This document shows positions 13,498 through 25,100 of a stretch of 64,000 nt of DNA, one piece after another. Within the stretch, counting starts at the first letter, position 1. Every line of letters begins with the position of its first letter. Source of the stretch: Scenedesmus sp. PABB004. Taxonomy: Eukaryota. The position numbers and the translations under genes were made by a program. The notes beneath the pieces were generated by a model. It searched no databases. It was not told the origin of the DNA and saw only the letters and a program-made list of their open reading frames with translations. The DNA lies in assembly GCA_014905635.1 (NCBI GenBank), contig JABVCE010000007.1, positions 62,001 to 126,000 of the forward strand, given 5' to 3'.

Positions 13498-13885
13498 GGT
13501 CGCGCCCCTGCGCCCGAGGCGCTCGCAGGGGCGAGGGTCGATCGATCTGCTGCTGCCCCGGCCAGGCTCAGGGCGGCTCCTGGTCGCTCGTGCGGGGATG
13601 GCTGTGCGAGCACGGGGTGCGCCGGGGAGCGAGGGGCCGGCGGCGGCGCGCGGCGACGACGGGCGCTGAAACCTCGAGCGTTGCGCCGCCGCCGCTGCGC
13701 ACGCGCGCCGGTGCCGCCGTCGCCGCCGCAGCCGCCCCACAACTCCACACCACCACCACCGGGGCCGCAGCACGCCGCCGCACGCCGCTCCACGCCCGTC
13801 CGCCCCCGCGCCGCGGCGCGTTCGGACTCGCGCGGCAGCCCGCGCCGCAGCTCCACGCCCCCTTGCCCGAGCAGCGGGGGCCACC

Positions 13886-15179
13886 ATGCTGGGCGCGCTC
13901 AAGTTCAACTCCGCCAAGTGGTGCGGGCCCGCCGCCGCCGCAGCAGTTGGCGCGCATGCGTGCGGGCCGCGCCGCCCACCGCGCTCGCCCGACCACGCTC
14001 GCCCCGCAGCGAGACGGCGTGCCGGCTGTGCATAGCGCGCATCCGGCTGCTGAAGAACAAGCGCAACATGCAGGCGCGCGTGGCGGCCCCGGCGCGCCGC
14101 GCTGCTCGGGCTGGCGGCGCCGCCGCAGCAGCGGCGGAGCGTACACCCCCCCTTCCCGTCGCGGGCCCGCGCCCAGAGCGCCGCCAGGGCGCCCGGCGGC
14201 GTCGCGGCGCCGGGGCGGGCAGCTGGGGCAGCGTGGCGCCCGGCCAACCGCCGCGCGCCTGCTGTCGCGCAGATGAAGGCGTACCGCAAGGACATCTCGG
14301 AGCTGCTGCGCGCGGGCAAGCAGGACTACGCGCGCATCCGCGTCGAGGCGGTCATACGGGAGGCCTTCACGCTGACAGGCAAGCGCGCCCACGCCGCGCC
14401 GCGCCGCGCCGCGCCCACGCGCCCACGCACCCACGCGCCGCCGCACCGGTGCCGCGCGCGGCGCGCGTCGCGCCGCAGCGTACGAGATCATTGAGCTGTA
14501 CCTGGAGCTGCTCGCGGTGCGGTCGGGCCTCGTGGCGAGCAGCAAGGAGGTGCCGCGCGACATGCTCGAGGCGCTGAGCAGCGTGCTCTACGCCAGCAGC
14601 CGCGTGCCCGACCTGCCCGAGCTCACGACGCTGCACAAGATGTTCACCGCAAAGTTTGGCAAGGTGCGCACGCGCCGGCCGCGGCGGCGGCGCGCGGACG
14701 GCGCGCGGACGGCGCGCCGACGGCGCGCGGACGGCGCGCGGAGCCGCGCAGCGCAACCCGCGCCCGCCCGCCCCGGCGCGCCGCGCAGGAGTATGTGGGC
14801 GAGGCGTGCAGCGACGTGGCGTGCGGGCGGTGGATGGTGAACGAAAACCTGCGCGCCTGCCTCACCGTGGAGCCGCCCGAGCCGGCGCTCAAGCTGGAAG
14901 CGCTCAGCGAGATCGCGCAGGTGACGGGGCGCGCGGGCGGCGGCGGCGGCGGCGCGGACGCGCGCGGTCCCTCGCCTCGCGCGTGCTGCGCGCCCGCCCT
15001 CACGGCCGCGCGCCTCAGGAGTATGGCGTCGAGTGGGACATGGACCGCATGCGCCGCGAGCTGCTGCCCGACGGCGACCTGCTCGGCGGCGCGGCGCAGG
15101 CGCCGCCGGCGCAGGACGCGCAGCCGGGCGCCGGCCTCGCCGCGTACACGGCCGCGGCGGGCGCGCAGCCGCCCGCGCC
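13886..15179 (+). pseudogene. 3'-truncated IST1 copy 1 (core domain intact, C-terminal tail and MIM lost)
   Basis: Same exons as the full IST1 up to QPPAP, then joined to the next repeat unit. Confidence 0.75.
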
Positions 15180-15638
15180 GCGCGGCAGGCTGCCCTGGAC
15201 GCGTGCTTCCCGGACCGCACCTGCGCCAACGCATTGGAAACGAGCTGCATGGTCGCGCCCCTGCGCCCGAGGCGCTCGCAGGGGCGAGGGTCGATCGATC
15301 TGCTGCTGCCCCGGCCAGGCTCAGGGCGGCTCCTGGTCGCTCGTGCGGGGATGGCTGTGCGAGCACGGGGTGCGCCGGGGAGCGAGGGGCCGGCGGCGGC
15401 GCGCGGCGACGACGGGCGCTGAAACCTCGAGCGTTGCGCCGCCGCCGCTGCGCACGCGCGCCGGTGCCGCCGTCGCCGCCGCAGCCGCCCCACAACTCCA
15501 CACCACCACCACCGGGGCCGCAGCACGCCGCCGCACGCCGCTCCACGCCCGTCCGCCCCCGCGCCGCGGCGCGTTCGGACTCGCGCGGCAGCCCGCGCCG
15601 CAGCTCCACGCCCCCTTGCCCGAGCAGCGGGGGCCACC

Positions 15639-16939
15639 ATGCTGGGCGCGCTCAAGTTCAACTCCGCCAAGTGGTGCGGGCCCGCCGCCGCCGCAGCAGT
15701 TGGCGCGCATGCGTGCGGGCCGCGCCGCCCACCGCGCTCGCCCGACCACGCTCGCCCCGCAGCGAGACGGCGTGCCGGCTGTGCATAGCGCGCATCCGGC
15801 TGCTGAAGAACAAGCGCAACATGCAGGCGCGCGTGGCGGCCCCGGCGCGCCGCGCTGCTCGGGCTGGCGGCGCCGCCGCAGCAGCGGCGGAGCGTACACC
15901 CCCCCTTCCCGTCGCGGGCCCGCGCCCAGAGCGCCGCCAGGGCGCCCGGCGGCGTCGCGGCGCCGGGGCGGGCAGCTGGGGCAGCGTGGCGCCCGGCCAA
16001 CCGCCGCGCGCCTGCTGTCGCGCAGATGAAGGCGTACCGCAAGGACATCTCGGAGCTGCTGCGCGCGGGCAAGCAGGACTACGCGCGCATCCGCGTCGAG
16101 GCGGTCATACGGGAGGCCTTCACGCTGACAGGCAAGCGCGCCCACGCCGCGCCGCGCCGCGCCGCGCCCACGCGCCCACGCGCCCACGCACCCACGCGCC
16201 GCCGCACCGGTGCCGCGCGCGGCGCGCGTCGCGCCGCAGCGTACGAGATCATTGAGCTGTACCTGGAGCTGCTCGCGGTGCGGTCGGGCCTCGTGGCGAG
16301 CAGCAAGGAGGTGCCGCGCGACATGCTCGAGGCGCTGAGCAGCGTGCTCTACGCCAGCAGCCGCGTGCCCGACCTGCCCGAGCTCACGACGCTGCACAAG
16401 ATGTTCACCGCAAAGTTTGGCAAGGTGCGCACGCGCCGGCCGCGGCGGCGGCGCGCGGACGGCGCGCGGACGGCGCGCCGACGGCGCGCGGACGGCGCGC
16501 GGAGCCGCGCAGCGCAACCCGCGCCCGCCCGCCCCGGCGCGCCGCGCAGGAGTATGTGGGCGAGGCGTGCAGCGACGTGGCGTGCGGGCGGTGGATGGTG
16601 AACGAAAACCTGCGCGCCTGCCTCACCGTGGAGCCGCCCGAGCCGGCGCTCAAGCTGGAAGCGCTCAGCGAGATCGCGCAGGTGACGGGGCGCGCGGCGG
16701 CGGCGGCGGCGGCGCGGACGCGCGCGGTCCCTCGCCTCGCGCGTGCTGCGCGCCCGCCCTCACGGCCGCGCGCCTCAGGAGTATGGCGTCGAGTGGGACA
16801 TGGACCGCATGCGCCGCGAGCTGCTGCCCGACGGCGACCTGCTCGGCGGCGCGGCGCAGGCGCCGCCGGCGCAGGACGCGCAGCCGGGCGCCGGCCTCGC
16901 CGCGTACACGGCCGCGGCGGGCGCGCAGCCGCCCGCGCC
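15639..16939 (+). pseudogene. 3'-truncated IST1 copy 2
   Basis: Near-identical to copy 1 and truncated at the same microhomology junction. Confidence 0.75.
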
Positions 16940-17398
16940 GCGCGGCAGGCTGCCCTGGACGCGTGCTTCCCGGACCGCACCTGCGCCAACGCATTGGAAA
17001 CGAGCTGCATGGTCGCGCCCCTGCGCCCGAGGCGCTCGCAGGGGCGAGGGTCGATCGATCTGCTGCTGCCCCGGCCAGGCTCAGGGCGGCTCCTGGTCGC
17101 TCGTGCGGGGATGGCTGTGCGAGCACGGGGTGCGCCGGGGAGCGAGGGGCCGGCGGCGGCGCGCGGCGACGACGGGCGCTGAAACCTCGAGCGTTGCGCC
17201 GCCGCCGCTGCGCACGCGCGCCGGTGCCGCCGTCGCCGCCGCAGCCGCCCCACAACTCCACACCACCACCACCGGGGCCGCAGCACGCCGCCGCACGCCG
17301 CTCCACGCCCGTCCGCCCCCGCGCCGCGGCGCGTTCGGACTCGCGCGGCAGCCCGCGCCGCAGCTCCACGCCCCCTTGCCCGAGCAGCGGGGGCCATC

Positions 17399-18457
17399 AT
17401 GCTGGGCGCGCTCAAGTTCAACTCCGCCAAGTGGTGCGGGCCCGCCGCCGCCGCAGCAGTTGGCGCGCATGCGTGCGGGCCGCGCCGCCCACCGCGCTCG
17501 CCCGACCACGCTCGCCCCGCAGCGAGACGGCGTGCCGGCTGTGCATAGCGCGCATCCGGCTGCTGAAGAACAAGCGCAACATGCAGGCGCGCGTGGCGGC
17601 CCCGGCGCGCCGCGCTGCTCGGGCTGGCGGCGCCGCCGCAGCAGCGGCGGAGCGTACACCCCCCTTCCCGTCGCGGGCCCGCGCCCAGAGCGCCGCCAGG
17701 GCGCCCGGCGGCGTCGCGGCGCCGGGCGGGCAGCTGGGGCAGCGTGGCGCCCGGCCAACCGCCGCGCGCCTGCTGTCGCGCAGATGAAGGCGTACCGCAA
17801 GGACATCTCGGAGCTGCTGCGCTCGGGCAAGCAGGACTACGCGCGCATCCGCGTCGAGGCGGTCATACGGGAGGCCTTCACGCTGACAGGCAAGCGCGCC
17901 CACGCCGCGCCGCGCCGCGCCGCGCCCACGCGCCCACGCGCCCACAAGCCCACGCGCCGCCGCCGCGCCGGTGCCGTGCGCGGCGTGTGTCGCGCCGCAG
18001 CGTACGAGATCATCGAGCTGTACCTGGAGCTGCTCGCGGTGCGGTCGGGCCTCGTGGCGAGCAGCAAGGAGGTGCCGCGCGACATGCTCGAGGCGCTGAG
18101 CAGCGTGCTCTACGCCAGCAGCCGCGTGCCCGACCTGCCCGAGCTCACCACGCTGCACAAGATGTTCACCGCAAAGTTTGGCAAGGTGCGCACGCGCCGG
18201 CCGCGGCGGCGGCGCGCGGACGGCGCGCGGACGGCGCGCCGACGGCGCGCGGACGGCGCGCGGAGCCGCGCAGCGCAACCCGCGCCCGCCCGCCCCGGCG
18301 CGCCGCGCAGGAGTACGTGGGCGAGGCGTGCAGCGACGTGGCGTGCGGGCGGTGGATGGTGAACGAAAACCTGCGCGCCTGCCTCACCGTGGAGCCGCCC
18401 GAGCCGGCGCTCAAGCTGGAGGCGCTCAGCGAGATCGCGCAGGTGACGGGGCGCGCG

Positions 18458-18488
<31 letters not shown>

Positions 18489-18902
18489 GCGCGGCGCGGA
18501 CGCGCGCGGTCCCTCGCCTCACGCCGCGCGTGCTGCGCGCCCGCCCTCACGGCCGCGCGCCGCGCGCCTCAGGAGTATGGCGTCGAGTGGGACATGGACC
18601 GCATGCGCCGCGAGCTGCTGCCCGACGGCGACCTGCTCGGCGGCGCGGCGCTGGCGCCGCCGGCGCAGGCCCCGCAGCCGGGCGCCGGCCTCGCCGTGTA
18701 CGCGCCCGCGGCGGGCGCGCAGCCGCCCGCGCCCCCGGCCGGCCCGCAGCAGCCGCCGCAGGCGCCGCCGCCCGCCGCCGCGGCGGGGGGCTACGCCGAC
18801 GCAGCAGCCGCGGCGGCGGCCGCGGTCGCGGCCGCGCAGCAGGCGCGCAGCGCGGCGGAGGCCGCGGCGCGGCTGGCGGGCGTCGCCGGGCCAAAGCACC
18901 CG

Positions 18903-18936
<34 letters not shown>

Positions 18937-19394
18937 AGCGCGCTGCGCCGCCGCAGGGCTGGCTGGCGGGCGCCGACGGCGCGGGGCAGCTGCCCGCGGC
19001 GGCGCCGCCCGTGCCGCCGCCTGCGCCGCCCGCGGGCGCCGGCCCCTCTGCTGGCGCCCCCGGCCCGCCTGCTGGCCCCGGCGGCAGCAGCGGCGGCGGG
19101 TTCCGCCTGCCCAGCGCGGAGGACATCCAGCGCGCTTACGACAGCGCGCCGGGCGGCCCGCCCCCAAAGCCCGGCCCGCCGCCGGCCGCGCCGCCGGTGC
19201 GCGCAGACGACGTCGACCCCGCCGCCGGCGCCGCCGCCAGCGGCGCGGGCAGCAGCAGCGGCTCCGACCTGCCCGCGCTGCCGGGCGTGCCGCTCAGCGG
19301 CGGCGGCGCGGGGCCCAGCGCGGCGGCGGCGGCGCAGCCCAGCAGCGAGTACGACGAGCTGCAGCGGCGCTTCGAGGCCCTCAAAAAGGCTTGA
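17399..19394 (+). CDS. IST1: IST1-like ESCRT-III regulator of Vps4, full-length copy
   Basis: MLGALKFNSAKCETACRLCIARIRLLKNKR..ARIRVEAVIRE..AYEIIELYLELL..PDLPEL..KFGKEY, a Pro/Ala-rich linker and C-terminal MIM-like YDELQRRFEALKKA; 5 introns. Confidence 0.92.
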
Positions 19395-19409
19395 GCCTGG
19401 GGCCGCATG

Positions 19410-19420
19410 TGTAAGTTACA
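19410..19420. terminator. Back-to-back poly(A) signals TGTAA-G-TTACA for two convergent genes
   Basis: TGTAA on + (19410-19414) and on - (19416-19420), between the IST1 stop (19394) and the EMI1-like stop (19537). UGUAA is the chlorophyte poly(A) signal. Confidence 0.65.
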
Positions 19421-19536
19421 TACGCCCAGTCAATCGATTTGCAGCGCAGGCGCGCCGCAGAGGGCAGCGGGCCCCACACGCGCTCCCGCCGTTGGTCGAC
19501 GGCAGGTGTCCGGCCGCAGCCCGCCGACGCCGGCCG

Positions 19537-20193
19537 TCACGACGGCGCCGCGCCTGGCGCCGCCGCCGCGGCCCCTGCCGCGCTTGGCGGCGCGCCGCTG
19601 CCCCCGCCCGCCGGCTGCTTCGCCTCGGGCTGCTGCTGCTGCTGCTGCGCCTCGGGCTGCGTCGCCGCCGTCGTCGCGCCGGCGCCGAGGTGGGCGTAGT
19701 GGGCGCGCCAGAACGCGCCCGCCTCCTTGCGCGTGCGTATGTGCCAGAGCGGGTGGGGCCCCGGCAGCACCGCGATCGCGGCGTCGGGGTTGAGCTTGCC
19801 CACGAGGCAGTTGCGGAAGCGCGTGTACTCGTCCGCGCAGCGCGCCAGGCGGCCGTGCACGTAGAGCTGGCGCACGCGCGCCGCGGGCCCGCCGCACGTC
19901 ACCCACGACCAGAAGCGGCCGAGGCAGTCGTTCAGCTCCTCCGTCAGCGCCTGCGCGCCAGGGGGCGCGGCGGGGCGGGCGTGTGGGGCGCGGCGCTCGC
20001 CGCTGGCGCGCAGGAGCTCCGCTCGCCGCTAGGCCGGAACGGCGCCCACCTCGCTGCGCCGCTCCACGGGCTTGTTCACCACCCACTTGTCCTCGCCCGG
20101 CGGCTGCTCCGGCTGCGGCTGCGGCTGCGGCTGCGGCTGCGGCTGCGGCTGCGCAGCAGCGCCCGTCGCCGCTGCCGGCGCCGGCGCCGCCAT
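19537..20193 (-). CDS. Small Cys-motif protein, EMI1/DUF3128-like
   Basis: Two exons (intron ~19951-20049): (QP)n N-terminus, then DCLGRFWSWVTCGGPAARVRQLYVHGRLARCADEYTRFRNCL..HPLWHIRTRKEAGAFW. Confidence 0.6.
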
Positions 20194-20685
20194 GCAGGGC
20201 GCGCCGCTGGCGATGCTGCAGGTGAGCGCTGTCCAGGGACGGTCGGGACCGCGCCCAGAGAGGCGTGGGGATGCTGGGGGCGTGGCTGCACGCCCTTGCG
20301 GTGCCTGCCTGCGGCGGATCGGCGCCTGGAGGATGCCTTTCGACGCTGAAAGACCTGGTAGACTTCTGGCTGGCGGCGCGCGGCCGGGGGAGGCATGCAC
20401 ACGGCGCGCGTCGCCGCCATCTCTCTGCGGCCCGTCGCCGCCGCCCAAACCCCGGCAGCTCCAGTGCCGCGCCAGACTCGTGCGGCTTTGACTGAAAGCA
20501 GCGTCTCGCGCGCGGCGCACCGCCAGGACGCCGCCGTGCTCGCCGCTCGGGCGCGTTGACCGCCGCCGCCGCTGTCGCTCGCGGCGCCGCGGCCGGGCCC
20601 CGCGGAGCGGCTGCGCCGCTCCCACGACAGCGATCCGGCGGCTAGCCGCCCGGCCGGCGCGGCGCCGCGGGCGCGGCACGGCAGG

Positions 20686-21695
20686 ATGCAGCAGCCGGCC
20701 GCGCTAGCGTCCCGGCTGCGCGCCATCTCGAGTGCGGCGGCGGCGCGCGGCCGGCGCGGGCTGCAGACGCCGCCCGGGCTCACCCCGCCGCCGCCGCCGC
20801 GCCGTCGTCGCCTTGGCACAGGCCGCGAGGTGTGCTCGAGCCTGCTGCTGCAGCAGCTGCTCTTCTACAACCTCTTCGCCTCGCCCGGCTGGCTGCTGGC
20901 CGTGGGCGCGCGCTGCCACGCCAAGGCGCGCGCCGCGGCGCGCCGCCGCGGGCAGCCCGACGGCCGCGCCCCCGCCGCCCGCGTGACGCGGCGCGCCGCG
21001 CGGGGCGCGCCCCTCGTCGCCGCCGCCCGCGCAGTACGGCCGCGGGCTGAGCCTGCCCGACCCCGACATCGCGCGCACGGTGCTCGTGGTGTTCTGGATG
21101 CTCGCGGAGCCCGTGCGCCTCGCGGCGGGTTGGTTTGGCAACCTGCAGGAGAACGTGCGGCCCCCGCCGCGCTGTGCACCGTGCACGCGCTGTGCGCGCC
21201 TGGCGCCGTCGCAGCAGCCGGTCGCGCGCGCGCGAGCGCCGCCCGCGCGCCCTGCCCGCCGCGCCGCGCGCAGGTGCCGTGGCTGGTTGTGTTTGGCGTG
21301 CTCACGCTCGTCCCCCAGACCGCGGTCTGCTACTACCTGCTGCTCGCGGCATACGTGAGGGCCAGGGGTGGGGGCGCGAGGCAACGACGCACCGCGCCGC
21401 GCGATCGCGCGCCAGGCCGCGCGCGCGTGCCGCAGCACGCGCGCGCGGGCCGAGCGCGGCGCGCGCGCCCGCCGCTGCCGCCGCCGCCGCCGCCGCGCAG
21501 GACCTGCGGCCCGTCGACCAGGCGCTGCAGGTGGCGATGGCGGCGCTCATCCACGCGGAGCTGCTCGTCACGCTGCGCGCGGTGAGGCGCATATTTCGGT
21601 CGCAGCGCAAGCAGTTCTACCTGTTCGAGCACGAGCTGCAGCAGCAGCACCGGCGGCTGCGCGCCGGCGCCTGGGCGGCGGGCGCGGAGCAGTGA
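20686..21695 (+). CDS. TMEM17: TMEM17-family ciliary transition-zone membrane protein
   Basis: EVCSSLLLQQLLFYN..AEPVRLAAGWFGNLQENVPWL plus about four hydrophobic segments; 3 introns. Confidence 0.78.
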
Positions 21696-22179
21696 GCGTC
21701 GACGTCGCGCGGCGGTGCAGGGGTGAACCTCGGCGGCGCTCGCTGCACGCGCGGCTTCGCGCCCCGAACTCCCGCCCATCTCCCTCGTCAGCACGGCACA
21801 GGCAATCGCCCTTGCTTGGCGTGTGCGAGCCCACGGCGCGGCCGGCCGGCCGCTGCCGCCGCGCCGCCGAGCTGAGACAGCCGCCGTCCGCGTTCCGCGT
21901 CTCCGCTCCGCCGCACGCCTTGGGAGCGCTCCCTCGCGCTGGGCTGCCTTGCTGCGCGCACGCTGGTGGGCGACGCGCGGCGCCTGAGCGCCGGCCAGCG
22001 CCCCCCGCGCGGCCCGCGCGCCGCCTCGCGGGCTGCGTTCGCGAGGCTCACACCCTGGGCCGGCCGGCCGGGCCCCGGAGCCCGGCCTGCGCGCAGGCTG
22101 GGGGCATATCAAACGTACCGGCGCCGCGCCCGCCGCTCGCTGCGCAGGCCGCGAAAGCCTGGCCTGACCGGCCTCAGCC

Positions 22180-25100
22180 ATGGAGGGCGGTGACACCGGC
22201 CCGGAGGCGGCGGTGGGCGCCAGCGGCAGCCCCGCCGGCGCCGTGGCGCCGGCGGGCGGCGGCGGGCCGTCCGCTGCCGCCGCTGCGGGCGAGCAGTGGT
22301 GCGCCGACGACTTCACCTGGGACGCGTTCACGATGATCGCGGCGCCCGCGGCGCCCGAGCCCGAGCCCGAGCCCGACGGCGCGCGGCGGCGCCCCGCGCG
22401 CGCGGCGGCGGGCGCGGCGCTGCGCGACCTGCTCGGCTCGCGCACGGCGCGCGCGCGGCGCGGCGCGGAGCTGGTGTGCCAGGTCCCCGGCTGCACGGCC
22501 GATCTCGCGGCCTGCAAGGGGTACCACCAGCGCTACCGCATCTGCGAAGACCACGCCAAGGCGCGCGCCGCCTCGGGGCGACGGGGGCGCGGGGCGGGCG
22601 ACGCCGCCTCGCGCGCCGCGGCGTCACGCGCCGCCGCGTCACGCGTCGCCGCGTCACGCGCCGCCGCGTCACGCGCCGCCGCCGCCGCAGATGGAGGTGG
22701 TCCAGGACCTGCCCGGCGGGGCGCAGCGCTTCTGCCAGCAGTGCGCGCGCTTCCACGCGCTCGCGGCGTTTGACGGCGCGAAGCGCAGCTGCCGGCAGCA
22801 GCTGCAGCGCCACAACGCGCTGCGCCGCAAGGGCCCCGCCGCGCCCGCCGGCGGCGCCACGAGCGTGACGGCGTCCGCCGCCGCGACCGTGGTGGCGCCG
22901 CGCGGCGGCAAGCGCGGCGCCAGCGGCGGCAAGCCCGCGCCCGCGCCGGCCAAGCGGTCCAAGGCGCCCGCCTCGCTGCGCCGCGCCAGCCCGCCCAAGA
23001 CCTCGAGCATCGAGTCCAACACCCAGCTCAGCCACGACCTGGCGAGCGAGGGCGGGGAGCGGCCGGCGGCGCAGGGGCGCACGGCGCCGACGACGGCTGC
23101 GGGCGCCGCCGCCGGCGGCGGCACCCCGCGCGCGCCGACCGCCTCGCTGCACCAGTCGCCGCAGCGCTCGTCCGCGGCGGCCGGCGCGCCGCCCCCTCCC
23201 CGGGAGGGCGACGCGGAGCTGCTGTGGGACCTCGTCGGCCAGCTGCTGGACGCGCCGGCGCCCGAGAGCGCCGCGCCCGCGCCGGCGCCGGCGCCCGCTG
23301 GCGACGACGAGGCCGCGGCGGCGCGGGCGCTGGAGAGCATCCTGGGGCAGCTCGCGGCGCCGGCGGGCCAGCAGCAGGGCGCCACCTCGGCCCCCGCGCG
23401 CCTGCAGGACGGCGGCTGGCAGGGCAGCCACAGCAGCAGCGTGTCGGCCGCCAGCGGCAGCGACCTCGGCGGTGCGGGCGGCGCGGCGTGCTTCAGCTCC
23501 GCGCCCGGCTGCGGCGGCGGCGGGGCGCTGCCGGTGCCGGGCGACCTGCTGGGCGACGTCCTGTCGGCGCTCGCCGCGTTTGAGCCGCAGCAGCAGCCCC
23601 AGCTCGCGCCCGCGGGCCTCGCGCCGCTGGGCGGCCTCCTGGCGCCGCAGGCGGCGCCGCGCGGCAGCCCCGAGATCATATCGGCGGCCCCCGCCTGGCC
23701 CGCCGGCGGTGCCGCCGTCCCGGCGCGCCGGGCGGCGGCGGCGGCGGCGGCGCATGGCGCAACCCGCTCGCCGCGCCTCTGTCGGGCGCGGCACGCGCGG
23801 CCGCGGCGACGCACGTGCGGCGCGTGCTCGTCGTCGCCGCGGCGGCGGGCGCCGGGTCGGGCGGCGTGGTCTCTCGCGCGCTGCAGCTGATGGAGGCGTG
23901 CGGCGACTGGGTGCCCCACACGGCGTTGCTGCAGCTGCACACGGTGAGCCTGAAGCTCCACGGCGTCACGCCCGCGTCGCTCGCGCCCGACCTGCGCGAC
24001 CAGCTCGTGTCCGCCGTGCTGCGCGCGAGCCTGCACGAGGCGTTCCTGCGCCCCGGCTGCACCCTCGTCACGCTCGACGCGTGGGCGCGCCACGCGCCGT
24101 GCCCCGGCGGCGCGGGCGCGGCGGCCGAGGCGGCCGAGACGGCGCGGCGCCTGTGCGGCGGCGCCGGCGGCGCCGGCGGCGGCGGCGCGGCGCGCGGCGC
24201 GGCGCGCGCGCGGGTGCAGGCCGGGCGCGGCCTCGCGGAGTGGGCGCCCGGCCGCGGCGTGGCCGAGCTGCGCGCCGAGCCGCCGGCCGTGACGCTCGTG
24301 AGCCGGCCCGCGCTGCTGTCGGGCGCCGACGGCGACGACGACGGCGGCCCGTGGCTGGCGGTCGCGGTGGACGGGCTCGCGCGCGGCGAGGCGCTGGCGG
24401 TGAGCGTGCGGTGCGGCGGGGCTTACCAGGCCATCGCCCCCGGCAGCGTGACCGTGGAGCCCTGCGCCCTCGCGGGCGCCAGGCGCGCCGGGGAGGCGGT
24501 GCTCGTGTGGCTGCAGCTGGCGCGGGCGCCGCCGCGGCCGGGGCCGCTGCGCCTGGAGGTCACGGCCGCCAGCAGCGGCGCGTCGGGCAGCGCGCTGGCG
24601 CTCGCGTGCGACGACGCCGCGCTGGTCGCCGAGCTCAACGCCGCAGCCGAGCGCGGCACCACCGGCGATGTGGCGTCGGAGCAGGCGCTGCTGGGCGAGC
24701 TGGGGCTGGCGCTGGAGGTCGGGGCGGCCCTTGCCGACGACGCGCCGCGCGGCGTGGGGGCTGCCGGGCGGCGCCTGGCCCACTACAGCGGCGCAGACGT
24801 GGCGCTGCTGGTGCGCAGCGCGCGGCGCCTCGTCGCCGCGGCGGTGCGCGCGGGGTGCCCCGCCACCGCGGCGGCGCTGCTGCCGCTCGCGGGCGTGGGC
24901 CTGGGCAGCGCCGACGCGCTGCTCGACGCGGTCGCGGCCGCGGGCACCGACGCGCTGCCGCGCGACTGGGCGGGCGCGGGCCTGCTGCACCTGGCCGTGG
25001 CGTCGCAGAGCGCGCCCACGCTCGCCTGGCTGCTGGCGTGGGGCGCCGCGGCGGGCGCGACCTGGCTCCCGCGCGTGACTGCTGCGGCGGCGCCGGGCGG

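Larger units (their letters stand above)
13416..18733. repeat. Three-unit tandem duplication (periods 1753 and 1760 bp) covering ASA5 exon 1, the bidirectional promoter and the 5' part of IST1
   Basis: Near-identical blocks start at 13416, 15169 and 16929. The 11-bp microhomology CCGCCCGCGCC occurs at 13416, 15169, 16929 and 18723. Confidence 0.95.

Noticed and set aside
16743..18362. 539-aa read-through ORF fusing IST1 copy 2 to copy 3
   Set aside because: It stays open only if several introns are retained; normal splicing puts copy 3 out of frame.
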